NCBI GenBank assembly: GCA_034530615.2
Contig: JAVRCV020000008.1
Coordinates: 1 to 64,000 of the forward strand
Direction: 5' to 3'
DNA: 64,000 bases
Source of the DNA: Aulosira sp. ZfuVER01
GTDB taxonomy: Bacteria; Cyanobacteriota; Cyanobacteriia; Cyanobacteriales; Nostocaceae
Every line of letters starts with the position of its first letter. Position 1 is the first letter of the stretch. This document shows, in pieces, positions 10,788 through 20,300 of the stretch. A model generated the notes under the pieces. The model worked only from the letters and a program-made list of their open reading frames with translations, did no database searches and was not told the DNA's origin. A program made the translations under genes and the position numbers.

Positions 10788-12152
10788 ATGATAAACCCCC
10801 GTCAAATAGCTTTTCTTGCCCTGCGAGATGTTCACAAAGGAGCTTATGCTGATGTTGCCCTCGATAAAGTACTGCAAAAGGTTAAATTACAGGATAGCGA
10901 TCGCCGTTTAGTCACAGAATTAGTTTATGGCAGTGTGAGAAGGCAACGCACTCTCGATGCTTTAATTGACCAATTGGGCAAAAAGAAATCCCATCAACAA
11001 CCAAAAGACCTCCGTACTATCCTGCATCTAGGTTTCTATCAACTTTGCTATCAAGAACGAATTCCCGCTTCTGCGGCTGTCAACACTACAGTCCAACTGG
11101 CCAAAGAAAACGGCTTTGCTGGACTGACAGGTTTTGTGAATGGTCTGTTGCGTCAGTATATTCGTCTTGCAGAAAATAACAAAGGAGATTATCCACATCT
11201 GCCCTTGCAACTTCCAGAAAACCCTGTAGAACGCTTGGGAATTTTACACAGTTTTCCTAACTGGATTATTCAAGTATGGTTAGAACAACTGAGCTTTGCT
11301 GAGACAGAACAGTTGTGTGAATGGATGAATCAATCACCAACAATTGATCTGCGAATCAACCCGCTTCGCACTTCTATAGATGTGGTTGAAAAGGCGTTGC
11401 AATCGGCTGATGTTTTGGTGAAGCGCCTACCTAATTTGCCACAAGCTTTAAGATTAATTAGTAACAGCGGCCCGATTCAAAATTTACCTGGCTTCAATGA
11501 AGGTTGGTGGGTTGTACAAGATGCTAGCGCTCAGTTGGTGAGTCATTTGCTCGATCCACAACCCGGAGAAGTAGCGATCGATGCTTGTGCTGCACCAGGG
11601 GGAAAAACAACTCACATCGCTGAATTGATGGGAGATCGGGGGAAAATTTGGGCTTGCGATCGCACTGCTTCCCGACTGCGTAAACTCCAAGAAAATGCAC
11701 GGCGGTTGAATTTGCAATCTATTCAAATTTGTACTGGCGACAGTCGGCAATTCTTACAATTTCAAAATACCGCAGATCGCGTATTATTAGACGCACCATG
11801 CTCTGGTTTGGGAACTTTGCACCGTCATGCTGATGCACGTTGGCGACAGACACCAGAAAGCGTCCAAGAACTTTCAAAGCTGCAAACAGAATTGCTAGCA
11901 CATACCTCAACTTTTGTTAAATCAGGTGGAATCCTAGTCTACGCCACTTGTACGCTACATCCAGCAGAAAATGAAGCGGTAATTTCTGCGTTTTTAGCTG
12001 AGTCTCCTAATTGGGAAATAGAGCCACCTGATGTTAATTCGCCTGTTTTTGCCTATTCCACCCCACAAGGTTGGTGCAAAGTATGGCCTCATCGCCAGAA
12101 TATGGATGGCTTTTTTATGGTTCGCTTAAGAAAAACTAATAATTCCGGGTGA
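10788..12152 (+). CDS. rsmB: 16S rRNA m5C967 methyltransferase
   Basis: NusB-like N-terminus, QDASAQ, DACAAPGGKT, DAPCSG, YATCT. Confidence 0.95.
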   Translation: MINPRQIAFLALRDVHKGAYADVALDKVLQKVKLQDSDRRLVTELVYGSVRRQRTLDALIDQLGKKKSHQQPKDLRTILHLGFYQLCYQERIPASAAVNTTVQLAKENGFAGLTGFVNGLLRQYIRLAENNKGDYPHLPLQLPENPVERLGILHSFPNWIIQVWLEQLSFAETEQLCEWMNQSPTIDLRINPLRTSIDVVEKALQSADVLVKRLPNLPQALRLISNSGPIQNLPGFNEGWWVVQDASAQLVSHLLDPQPGEVAIDACAAPGGKTTHIAELMGDRGKIWACDRTASRLRKLQENARRLNLQSIQICTGDSRQFLQFQNTADRVLLDAPCSGLGTLHRHADARWRQTPESVQELSKLQTELLAHTSTFVKSGGILVYATCTLHPAENEAVISAFLAESPNWEIEPPDVNSPVFAYSTPQGWCKVWPHRQNMDGFFMVRLRKTNNSG

Positions 12153-12209
12153 ATACTGGATTGGGATTGTACGATTTGATGGAGGTTTAAATCTCCCAGA
12201 GGATGCAGC

Positions 12210-12632
12210 ATGGTTACTGATTCCAATGTGAAAAACTTAGTGAAAATCCTGATCGGTGCGGCTTGGATTGATGGTGTCATCCAGCCAGAAGAACGGCAAT
12301 ACCTGCGGGAAATAGCTCAAGCCAAAGGTTTAGCTACCGATCCAGAGATTAAGCCGTGGTTGTACGAATTGGTTCCGGTACAGCCAAAAGAGTGTTATGG
12401 CTGGGTGCAAGAATATTTAGGCGATCGCCCCAGTATTGAAGATTGCGTTAGCCTGATTGAAGCGATCAGTGGTTTAATTTACAGCGACGGTGATGTGGCG
12501 ATCGAGGAAGCAAGACTCCTGACCAAATTACAGGAAATTAGCAAAGCAAGCGAATCAACCCAATCAGCCCATACTGCTTTACTCAAACAAATTCAAAAGC
12601 TTTATCGGCGTTGGGTTGAAGTTCAAAACTAA
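12210..12632 (+). CDS. TerB-family (tellurite resistance-like) protein
   Basis: AAWIDGVIQPEE and IYSDGDVAIEE duplicated motifs. Confidence 0.8.
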   Translation: MVTDSNVKNLVKILIGAAWIDGVIQPEERQYLREIAQAKGLATDPEIKPWLYELVPVQPKECYGWVQEYLGDRPSIEDCVSLIEAISGLIYSDGDVAIEEARLLTKLQEISKASESTQSAHTALLKQIQKLYRRWVEVQN

Positions 12633-12725
12633 CAGAGATTTATGATTTGGGAGTTAATCAGACGCGGTTTGTCGCGCCTGTTGATGATTTTAAAATTTGA
12701 TAATTTAATTCAGCTTCATCAGAGC

Positions 12726-12950
12726 TTATGACTTCGGTTCACCCACACCCGGAGTCTCTTCTTTTTGAACTTTGGGTACAAAGTCAGGACGTTCTTTGCT
12801 TTCCCAACCGGGTGGACGCTTAGAGTTGTACCAGGCGATTGAACCAATGGTGACAGCAGCAATAAAACCAAATACATAAACAAAGGTAAAAGCAAAAGGA
12901 AAATGCGGTGCATTTGCTGCTTGTGCTGCTGTCTGCATGAATAAAAGCAT
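12726..12950 (-). CDS. psb35: small single-TM protein, Psb35-like PSII assembly factor
   Basis: one TM helix, then IGSIAWYNSKRPPGWE..ERPDFVP; AGGAG RBS. Confidence 0.6.
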   Translation of the reverse strand: MLLFMQTAAQAANAPHFPFAFTFVYVFGFIAAVTIGSIAWYNSKRPPGWESKERPDFVPKVQKEETPGVGEPKS

Positions 12951-13062
12951 GAGTATATTCTCCTAATCTAGGTAACACTGCTTATCAGACTATAAAACGA
13001 GAGTATCACCTAACATCCCCCGCTAGTTTGAACCGTTGAAGATCATTTGCCCAGATAATAAA

Positions 13063-13411
13063 TTTTGGATTTTAGATTTTGAGATTTTGCGGAAAGTCTG
13101 AGCAATAAAGGCAGAGTGCAGAAAGCAGTATTCCTTCTGCCTTTCGGGTACTCTTCGAGAACTCCTTTGGAGAACGGCAGTCCCCCAGACGCTCCTTCTC
13201 CCAAGGGGAGACGCTACGCGAACGTCGCTACCGCTAGCGCTAACGACGGGAACCGCCCTACCCTTCGGGAACGTCTTCGACGAACGGGTTCGCCACTTTG
13301 CCTACCCTTACGGGAAGCCGCTGCGCGTCTACGTGACGGGAACCGCCAGCCGAAGGATGCCCGAAGGGCTGTAGACGGCAAGTGGACTCACCAAGACGGG
13401 GGCTGCCTCAC
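13063..13411. repeat. composite of nested STRR and SDR-like repeats
   Basis: ttttggat/ttttagat heptamers, ggcagag heptamers, GC-rich hairpins; gacgggaaccgcc duplicated at 13245 and 13335. Confidence 0.75.
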
Positions 13412-13429
13412 TTCCTGGCTTCTTCACCT

Positions 13430-15886
13430 TTATTGCGAGGAAGATGGCCTAAGTCTGTCTCGCCAACTCGGTGGGGTTGGCGATGAATTTCCTGAACTGG
13501 AAGCGCTATTACCTGAAGATGATGACGACCTCCGAGATCTGCGAGGCGTTGAAGGTTCAGAAGATTCTACCTGCCTACTGCGCCGTCTGGGACGAGATTC
13601 TGAGGAAGAGCCACTACTGCTGGATTCTTCGCTACGATACCGACGCCTGCGATATGAAGGCGTTTCATCATCTTGCTGTTGATAATAACGTCTACGGCGT
13701 CTGGGAGTTTCTTCTTGTTGTTGTTGCTCTGCTTGATAATATCTGCGCCGTCTAGATGGACGTTCCTCGCTGCTAGAGTTGTCCTCATCGTCATCATTCG
13801 AGGAAATCGCCTTATTGACAATTTTGCCTGGCTTCAGGGGCTGTGCCTTGATAGTGCCTTTACGACCGTCTAGTTTAGGTCGTGCAGGAAACTTTTCTAC
13901 AGACATATCTTTTACGGCTTTTGCCATAAATTCATGCCAGGTGTAAGCAGCACTACCGCTACTACCCCAAGTCGGGCGGTTGTCATCATTACCTAGCCAA
14001 ACTCCGGTCACGAGTTGGGGAATGTACCCAATAAACCATAAATCACGGGCTTCATCAGAGGTGCCAGTCTTCCCAGCTACAGGTCTATTATCTAATTGGG
14101 CAGCAGCACCAGTACCTTCTTCTACGACATTGCGTAGCATCCAGGTCATGATAGCGGCACTATCAGCATCGAGTACTCGCTTGGAGGCGAAGTCAGCCGA
14201 CCAAACTACCTTGCCTTGGCGGTTTAGGATACGGCGAATCCCATGAGCTTCTGTGTGTAAGCCTTGAGTGGCAAAGCTGCCGTAAGCGCTAGCCAATTCC
14301 AGCAGATTTACTTCGTTTGAGCCAAGAGCTAGGGAATAGGTAGGCTTGAGTTCCGATTTAATTCCCATATCATGGGCCAGTTTAATAGTTGGCGCGAATC
14401 CCACATCGATCAATACCTTCACCGCGATTATATTAATCGAACGGGTGAGGGCATCTCTCATGCTCATTGAGCCGTGGAATTTTTCACTGTAGTTTTTCGG
14501 TTCATAACCGTCTACTACAAAGGGTTGATCTTCGTAAGTATCGTAAGGGTTTTTGCCACTAGCGATCGCGGTAGCATAGACAAATCCTTTAAATGTCGAG
14601 CCTGGCTGACGCTGGGCTTGAGTCACCCGATTAAATTGGTTTTTGCCAAAGTCTTTACCCCCAACCATTGCCTGAATTTCACCATTACGGGGGTCAATAG
14701 CTACCATTGCCGCTTGTTTAAAGTTCTCCCAGCGGCCTTGATTTCGCAGTGTTTTCGCAACTGCTTCTTCTGCCAATTTCTGCCAAGTCAGGTTTAAAGT
14801 AGTTTCTACAACTAAACCCCCTCCTGCTAACACATCAGGGGAGACATACTTGGGTAATTCTTTTTGAATATAAGTAGTAAAGTAGGGAGATTCTACTTGT
14901 AGGCGCTTGGGGAGACTACTTTTAACGATGAGCGGTTCTTGGACTGCTGCTTGCCTTTCGGCTGCGGTAATGACGCCATCTTCCTGCATTCGCTGCAACA
15001 CCAAATTCCGCCTAGCTTTTGCAGCTTCAGGATTTTTGTCTGGGGCGTAGAGGCTGGGGGCTGGTGCTAATCCAGCGATAGTGGCCATTTCCGGTAAAGT
15101 CAGTTGATCCACGGATTTGCTGAAGTATACCCATGCCGCATCAGCTACACCATAAGCCCCAGAACCCAAATACACAAGATTTAAGTAACGCTCCAGAATC
15201 TGGTCTTTGGTCAATTCATGCTCCATCTTTTGTGCCAGACGGACTTCTTTGAGCTTACGCCAGATTGTTTTTTCCTGTTTAATAAACAAAATCCGCGCTA
15301 ATTGTTGGGTGATCGTGCTACCACCTTCCACAACATCTTGCGATCGCAAGTTACTCCAAACTGCTCTAACTATTCCTTGCGGATCGACCCCACTGTGTTG
15401 CCGAAATCTTCTATCTTCTGAGGCGATGAAAGCTTTTTTCAACCTATCTGGTATTTGCTCTAGGTTGAGCTGTTCTCTTGCCGCTTCTCCTTGCTGTTGC
15501 AAGATAGTACCGTCAGCAGCTTTAATTGTTAATGTTTGCTCGCGGACAACCGCATTCAACTCAGATTTATCTGGCAATGTGCGGTCTATTGTGCCAATGC
15601 CATAGTTAAAGGCGATAATTCCACCACCTACACTCAAGCCTGCCCAGAACCAAAGACGACGATAAAACGGTTTATCGCTGCTGGATAGTTTGGCAATTAT
15701 TCCAGATGAAACGTTTTGCATCTGGCTTATTACCTGCTTTCCCTTGCCCAGCTTTGTTGGTGGTAAGTTCTCATTAACAGACTCTTCATTTTCGAGATGA
15801 TTACCAGGCGACAATCGCGGTTTCTCCTTGTCAGATGCACTTAAATCACTTGATCCTTGCTTGAACCAGGAGGTTAGTTTCCCCAC
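13430..15886 (-). CDS. class A penicillin-binding protein (PBP1A family)
   Basis: EDRRF, GGSTITQQL, RKLKE transglycosylase motifs; STFK, SIN, KTGT transpeptidase motifs; low-complexity R/S/E tail. Confidence 0.95.
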   Translation of the reverse strand: MGKLTSWFKQGSSDLSASDKEKPRLSPGNHLENEESVNENLPPTKLGKGKQVISQMQNVSSGIIAKLSSSDKPFYRRLWFWAGLSVGGGIIAFNYGIGTIDRTLPDKSELNAVVREQTLTIKAADGTILQQQGEAAREQLNLEQIPDRLKKAFIASEDRRFRQHSGVDPQGIVRAVWSNLRSQDVVEGGSTITQQLARILFIKQEKTIWRKLKEVRLAQKMEHELTKDQILERYLNLVYLGSGAYGVADAAWVYFSKSVDQLTLPEMATIAGLAPAPSLYAPDKNPEAAKARRNLVLQRMQEDGVITAAERQAAVQEPLIVKSSLPKRLQVESPYFTTYIQKELPKYVSPDVLAGGGLVVETTLNLTWQKLAEEAVAKTLRNQGRWENFKQAAMVAIDPRNGEIQAMVGGKDFGKNQFNRVTQAQRQPGSTFKGFVYATAIASGKNPYDTYEDQPFVVDGYEPKNYSEKFHGSMSMRDALTRSINIIAVKVLIDVGFAPTIKLAHDMGIKSELKPTYSLALGSNEVNLLELASAYGSFATQGLHTEAHGIRRILNRQGKVVWSADFASKRVLDADSAAIMTWMLRNVVEEGTGAAAQLDNRPVAGKTGTSDEARDLWFIGYIPQLVTGVWLGNDDNRPTWGSSGSAAYTWHEFMAKAVKDMSVEKFPARPKLDGRKGTIKAQPLKPGKIVNKAISSNDDDEDNSSSEERPSRRRRYYQAEQQQQEETPRRRRRYYQQQDDETPSYRRRRYRSEESSSSGSSSESRPRRRSRQVESSEPSTPRRSRRSSSSSGNSASSSGNSSPTPPSWRDRLRPSSSQ

Positions 15887-16134
15887 GTTAGTTCCTCGCT
15901 CAAATGTAATTGTTACCTAACCACCAGCAGTTTCGGGGTTAGCATACCACCTTTGTGTTAGTATAATATCCCATAAATAAACAAGAGAATTAAGTAACAA
16001 ACAATGATTTTTTGGAATTCTTTAAGTTTGATCCCGTAAATATTAATACAAAATTTTATTAATTTTTCGCAACCAAAATACTGTGCTCGGCAACAAGAAA
16101 TATGCCGCAAGGTATAGGTAAGAGGATAAGTAGC

Positions 16135-16647
16135 ATGTTAACAAACGGGGCGAGCGCCAAAGGCGTTATTGCAGCGATCGCTCTTGGTAGTAATATGGGA
16201 AATTCGCAGGAAATTTTAGAAGCTGCGATCGTAACTTTAGCGAAAACGCCAGGTATTGTTCTCGAAGCCCAATCTCATTTATATAAAACTAAAGCTGTCG
16301 GCCCGCCACAACCAGATTACTTAAACGGCTGCGTCATAGTGAAAATCTCCATGCTACCGCAGCTGTTATTAGAAAATTTATTAGCAATCGAACAAAAATT
16401 TGGGCGTGTTCGTCAAGAACGTTGGGGACCCCGCACCCTAGATTTAGATTTGCTGTTATATGATGACTTAATTATAGATACCCCAACCCTGCAAATTCCC
16501 CATCCCCGAATGAGGGAAAGGGCTTTTGTCTTGGTTCCCTTGGCAGAAATTGCCCCAAATTGGGTAGAACCGATTTCTGGATGTGTTATTAAAGATTTGG
16601 TTAAAGACGTAGACTGTTCTGATGTAAATTTATTGATGGGCAGTTAA
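16135..16647 (+). CDS. folK: 2-amino-4-hydroxy-6-hydroxymethyldihydropteridine diphosphokinase
   Basis: IALGSN, QPDYLN, RWGPRTLDLD, IPHPRM.ERAFVL; start uncertain (16102 or 16135). Confidence 0.95.
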   Translation: MLTNGASAKGVIAAIALGSNMGNSQEILEAAIVTLAKTPGIVLEAQSHLYKTKAVGPPQPDYLNGCVIVKISMLPQLLLENLLAIEQKFGRVRQERWGPRTLDLDLLLYDDLIIDTPTLQIPHPRMRERAFVLVPLAEIAPNWVEPISGCVIKDLVKDVDCSDVNLLMGS

Positions 16648-16715
16648 AATTACCACCCATAAACGCAGAAAGCTTCTGTGCTTGCCTGTGTATCAAAGAG
16701 AAAACAAATTTTACT

Positions 16716-17264
16716 ATGCCATTAGGTAGAGAATTACCACAGCTGCTGAAACAACGCTTGTTCTATAAAGGGCGCAAGTTTAACTTTGAAGTTAATCGCT
16801 TGCGATTACCCAACAAAGCGGAGGGAGAATGGGAATGTGTTCGTCACCCCGGTGGCGCTCTAGCTGTGCCTGTAACGGCAGAGGGTAAGCTGATACTGCT
16901 GCGCCAGTACCGTTTCGCAATTCAAGGCAGAATTATCGAATTTCCGGCGGGTACAGTAGAACCCGGTGAAGATCCCTTAGAAACAGTGCAGCGGGAAATT
17001 CAAGAAGAAACTGGTTATCGTGCCCAAAAGTGGGATAAATTAGGAGAGTTTTTTCTAGCTCCTGGTTATTCTGATGAAATTCTCTATGCTTTTCTGGCGC
17101 GAGATTTAGAAAAGTTAGAGACACCGCCAGCCAAAGAAGAGGATGAAGATATCGAAATCCTCTACTACACTCCACAAGAACTGGAGAAAGCTTTTCTAGA
17201 CGGTGAACCAGTAGATGCGAAAACAATTTCTAGCTTTTTATTGGCTCGTCCTTTTTTAGTTTAA
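16716..17264 (+). CDS. NUDIX hydrolase, ADP-ribose pyrophosphatase-like
   Basis: QYR, EFPAG, Nudix box GTVEPGEDPLETVQREIQEETG, APGYSDE. Confidence 0.9.
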   Translation: MPLGRELPQLLKQRLFYKGRKFNFEVNRLRLPNKAEGEWECVRHPGGALAVPVTAEGKLILLRQYRFAIQGRIIEFPAGTVEPGEDPLETVQREIQEETGYRAQKWDKLGEFFLAPGYSDEILYAFLARDLEKLETPPAKEEDEDIEILYYTPQELEKAFLDGEPVDAKTISSFLLARPFLV

Positions 17265-17271
17265 AACCCAG

Positions 17272-18120
17272 ATGCTCATAGAATTAGCGATTGGCGATGC
17301 TTACGGTGCCGGCTTTGAATACGCTAACGAAATGAGCGTCTATAACGATTTGAGTCGATACGTCACACATCCCCGTCATCGACTCAATCCAGGTAGCTAT
17401 ACAGACGACACACAAATGAGCATTGCTATTGCTGAAGTGATTGTGTCGCAAGCACCTTGGACACCGCAAGTCTTAGCCGATAGTTTCGTTAACTGCTTTA
17501 AACGCGATCGCAGAGAAGGTTATGCTGGTGGCTTCTACGATTTTCTCGTAAATATTCAAGATGGGGAAGAGTTTTTAGCCAAAATTCGCCCAGACAGTGA
17601 CAAAAGCGGTGCTGCAATGCGTGCAGGGCCAGTTGGCATTTATTCTACACCCGAAAAGGTGATAGAAGCCTCAAGCATTCAAGCAGCTATTACCCATAAC
17701 ACACCCGATGGAATTAACGCCGCCGTTGCAGCTGCGTTGATGACGCATTATTTTATTTATCGACTAGGGCCAAAGCGTAAATTAGGACAGTTTCTTGAAG
17801 GCTATGTGCTGTCTGGAGAATGGTCTAAGCCTTGGGAAGGTAAAGTAAAGTCTAAAGGATGGATGAGCGTTAGAGCAGCAATTACAGCGCTAATGCGAAA
17901 TGACAGCATGAGCGAACTGTTGCAAGACTGTATAGCTTTTACTGGAGATGTAGATACAGTAGCGACAATTGCTTTAGCTGCTGGTTCATGCAGTGAGGAA
18001 ATTGAACAGGACATCCCCATGCATCTGGTTACAGGTTTAGAGAATGGTGTCTACGGTAGAGATTATCTCATCGAATTAGATAAGCAGTTGATGAGTTTGG
18101 TAGGCAAAAACATTAGCTAA
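17272..18120 (+). CDS. ADP-ribosylglycohydrolase family protein
   Basis: AIGDAYG, YTDDTQM, GAAMR, ITH, GDVDT. Confidence 0.9.
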   Translation: MLIELAIGDAYGAGFEYANEMSVYNDLSRYVTHPRHRLNPGSYTDDTQMSIAIAEVIVSQAPWTPQVLADSFVNCFKRDRREGYAGGFYDFLVNIQDGEEFLAKIRPDSDKSGAAMRAGPVGIYSTPEKVIEASSIQAAITHNTPDGINAAVAAALMTHYFIYRLGPKRKLGQFLEGYVLSGEWSKPWEGKVKSKGWMSVRAAITALMRNDSMSELLQDCIAFTGDVDTVATIALAAGSCSEEIEQDIPMHLVTGLENGVYGRDYLIELDKQLMSLVGKNIS

Positions 18121-18205
18121 AAAATTAGTTCTCAAAGCAACTACTTATAATTGGTTGAAAGATTTTATAGTCGCTATAATCAAAATTGTGAATATTTAAA
18201 AGTCT

Positions 18206-18478
18206 ATGATAAGCTTTCCTTCAACTAATGGCTTTTTAATTGCGGGAATAGTTTTCCTTGTGATTGCTGTTTTGGGACAAACTAAACTTGGGTTTATAGA
18301 GATTAATCCAGGTTGTTTTGGAAGAACTTTAGCTTTATTAATAGGTTTAATAAGTTTAGCGTTTGCTCTTTCTGTAGGAACTACTTCTGTGGAAACTCTA
18401 GATTTATTAAGAACTTATTTAACAAATCTAATTCAACAGAGTATGGGATTTGTTAATGAATTCTTATCTGGCTCATAA
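18206..18478 (+). CDS. hypothetical small membrane protein
   Basis: 90-aa ORF with two hydrophobic segments. Confidence 0.6.
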   Translation: MISFPSTNGFLIAGIVFLVIAVLGQTKLGFIEINPGCFGRTLALLIGLISLAFALSVGTTSVETLDLLRTYLTNLIQQSMGFVNEFLSGS

Positions 18479-18595
18479 GGCAGAAAAATTTTTATTATGG
18501 TTATACGTGAATAGACCTCTTTCTTGTATAACCTCATTTTTTTCTATCCAACTACAAATAAACATCATAAAAGAGGATTTATCAATTAAACTTCA

Positions 18596-19132
18596 TTAGT
18601 AATAGGCTCCCAGAAGGCTATAACTTAAACTGGCTAATACTACCAAAGTGACAACAATATAAATAAATTCTCTTCGCCAGATAAAAGCTAACAAAGAAAT
18701 TATCACACGCAAAACAGGGATAGCGATTAATAATAGCAACCCAAGTTGAATAATGCCACGTCGGCTACCTGATAAAACTGCATAAATTACACCTGATGGG
18801 GAACGGAATTCTGAGGGTTCTCCTTGAAAAAACTGATAGTTAACAGGCTCAGAACCGTGCCGCATTAAGTATAATATTCCTCCTATTAATACCACATTAC
18901 TAGCAAGTAAAACTCCATATTTTAGGAGGTTGCTCAATAAAGTTTCTAGTTCTTGTTCGCTTAATGTTTTTGTTAATTTTTTTTCATCCTCAATCTCACA
19001 ACAATTAGGCAATGGTTCTGGGAGTTGTTCGATATCAGAATCTAAGTCTTGTTGTGGTAAAGCTATTGCTGCTAATTCAGTATCAGGCTGTGTTGATGAG
19101 AGTGACTGAAAACCCGAATTGAATTGGTACAT
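18596..19132 (-). CDS. DUF1634 membrane protein
   Basis: IIQLGLLLLIAIPVLRV motif; directly follows TauE, the usual pairing. Confidence 0.85.
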   Translation of the reverse strand: MYQFNSGFQSLSSTQPDTELAAIALPQQDLDSDIEQLPEPLPNCCEIEDEKKLTKTLSEQELETLLSNLLKYGVLLASNVVLIGGILYLMRHGSEPVNYQFFQGEPSEFRSPSGVIYAVLSGSRRGIIQLGLLLLIAIPVLRVIISLLAFIWRREFIYIVVTLVVLASLSYSLLGAYY

Positions 19133-19133
19133 T

Positions 19134-19970
19134 TTACAGTCCTCCTAGTACACTGTTGTAAACCATCTTCAAAGCCATTACTACCAACACAAGACTAAAA
19201 ATGATTCTCAAAGTTTGCGTTTTAGTTCCTAAAAGAACTCTAGCACCCAAAAAAGCACCAGGTAGTACTCCCAACATTACTGGCATTGACAGTCCCGGAT
19301 CGATGTAACCCCTTGCTAGGTAAACTCCTGCTGATGCGGCGGCGGTAACACCAATCATAAAATTGCTAGTGGTGGTAGAAACTTTGAAGGGTAAACGCAT
19401 AGCTTGATCCATCGCTAATACTTTAAATCCCCCCGAACCAATACCAAGCAAACCCGAAAGTACGCCTGCTACTACCATGATGCTAAATCCTGCTGGAACA
19501 GCATGAACTTGGTAAGGCATTAGTCCATCAGCAGTGGGATAAGTACCATTGAGTTTGAGATAGTTTGCTATAGGGTCGGCTGGTTCATTTTCAATATGTT
19601 CTACTCTGGGTCTTTGAGAAAGGTATGCTGAATAAATCAGGACGATCGCTAGCACGATAGTTAATGCTTTAACAGAGACAAAAGTTGCTAGTAAAGCGCC
19701 AATTATGGCTCCTATCGTTGTAGCTACTTCTAAAAACATTCCCAGTCGTAAATTTGTGTAGCCTTTTTTAATATAGGTAGATGCAGCACCCAAGGAAGTT
19801 GCAATTACAGATACTAGTGAGGCCCCAACCGCATAGCGAATATCAACACCAAATACTGAAGTTAATAAGGGTACAATTACAACTCCACCTCCTAAACCAG
19901 TTAATGCACCTAAAAAGCCAGCTGTAAATGAACCCATCCAAACTAGTAAAGAAAATTCCAGAATATTCAA
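19134..19970 (-). CDS. TauE/SafE sulfite exporter family
   Basis: GALTGLGGG and SGLLGIGSG repeats, TTTSNFMIGVT; TTG start. Confidence 0.92.
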   Translation of the reverse strand: MNILEFSLLVWMGSFTAGFLGALTGLGGGVVIVPLLTSVFGVDIRYAVGASLVSVIATSLGAASTYIKKGYTNLRLGMFLEVATTIGAIIGALLATFVSVKALTIVLAIVLIYSAYLSQRPRVEHIENEPADPIANYLKLNGTYPTADGLMPYQVHAVPAGFSIMVVAGVLSGLLGIGSGGFKVLAMDQAMRLPFKVSTTTSNFMIGVTAAASAGVYLARGYIDPGLSMPVMLGVLPGAFLGARVLLGTKTQTLRIIFSLVLVVMALKMVYNSVLGGL

Positions 19971-20125
19971 ATTTCATACCTCTGTTTTAGATATATATCG
20001 TATGATGAGATTTTTAATATAGATGATAAATAAATAATTAATTATCCTCTGGCTAGCGGATGAAAGCTAAATATGATGCTTAGATAACATTTCCTTTTTT
20101 TGATACTTCCAGTACCAGCCGATAA

Positions 20126-20300
20126 TTGATGCAGTGGTGAGTAAATAAGTTAGCGATCGCCACCACCGTCTTTGCCATAATTATGATGGCGATCGCACTC
20201 AAAATTGGTAAAGCAGTCCAAAACGAGCCGAACTTCGTCAGGAGTACCGCGAACCCATCTAATTGTGGTCGTGATTGAGAGTGGATTGATAACAGAATCG
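20126..20300 (-). pseudogene. fragment of a PAP2-family phosphatase gene
   Basis: ILLSIHSQSRPQLDGFAVLLTKFGSFWTALPILSAIA, then a frameshift to LWQRRWWRSLTYLLTTA; resembles the TM region of cyanobacterial PAP2 proteins; no start and no catalytic part. Confidence 0.55.

Noticed and set aside
13116..13682. 188-aa ORF on the + strand
   Set aside because: Made of GC-rich repeat DNA plus the antisense of the PBP low-complexity tail
20205..20300. Upstream extension of the fucosidase
   Set aside because: It is the antisense of the PAP2 remnant; GH29 similarity starts right after ATG 20301
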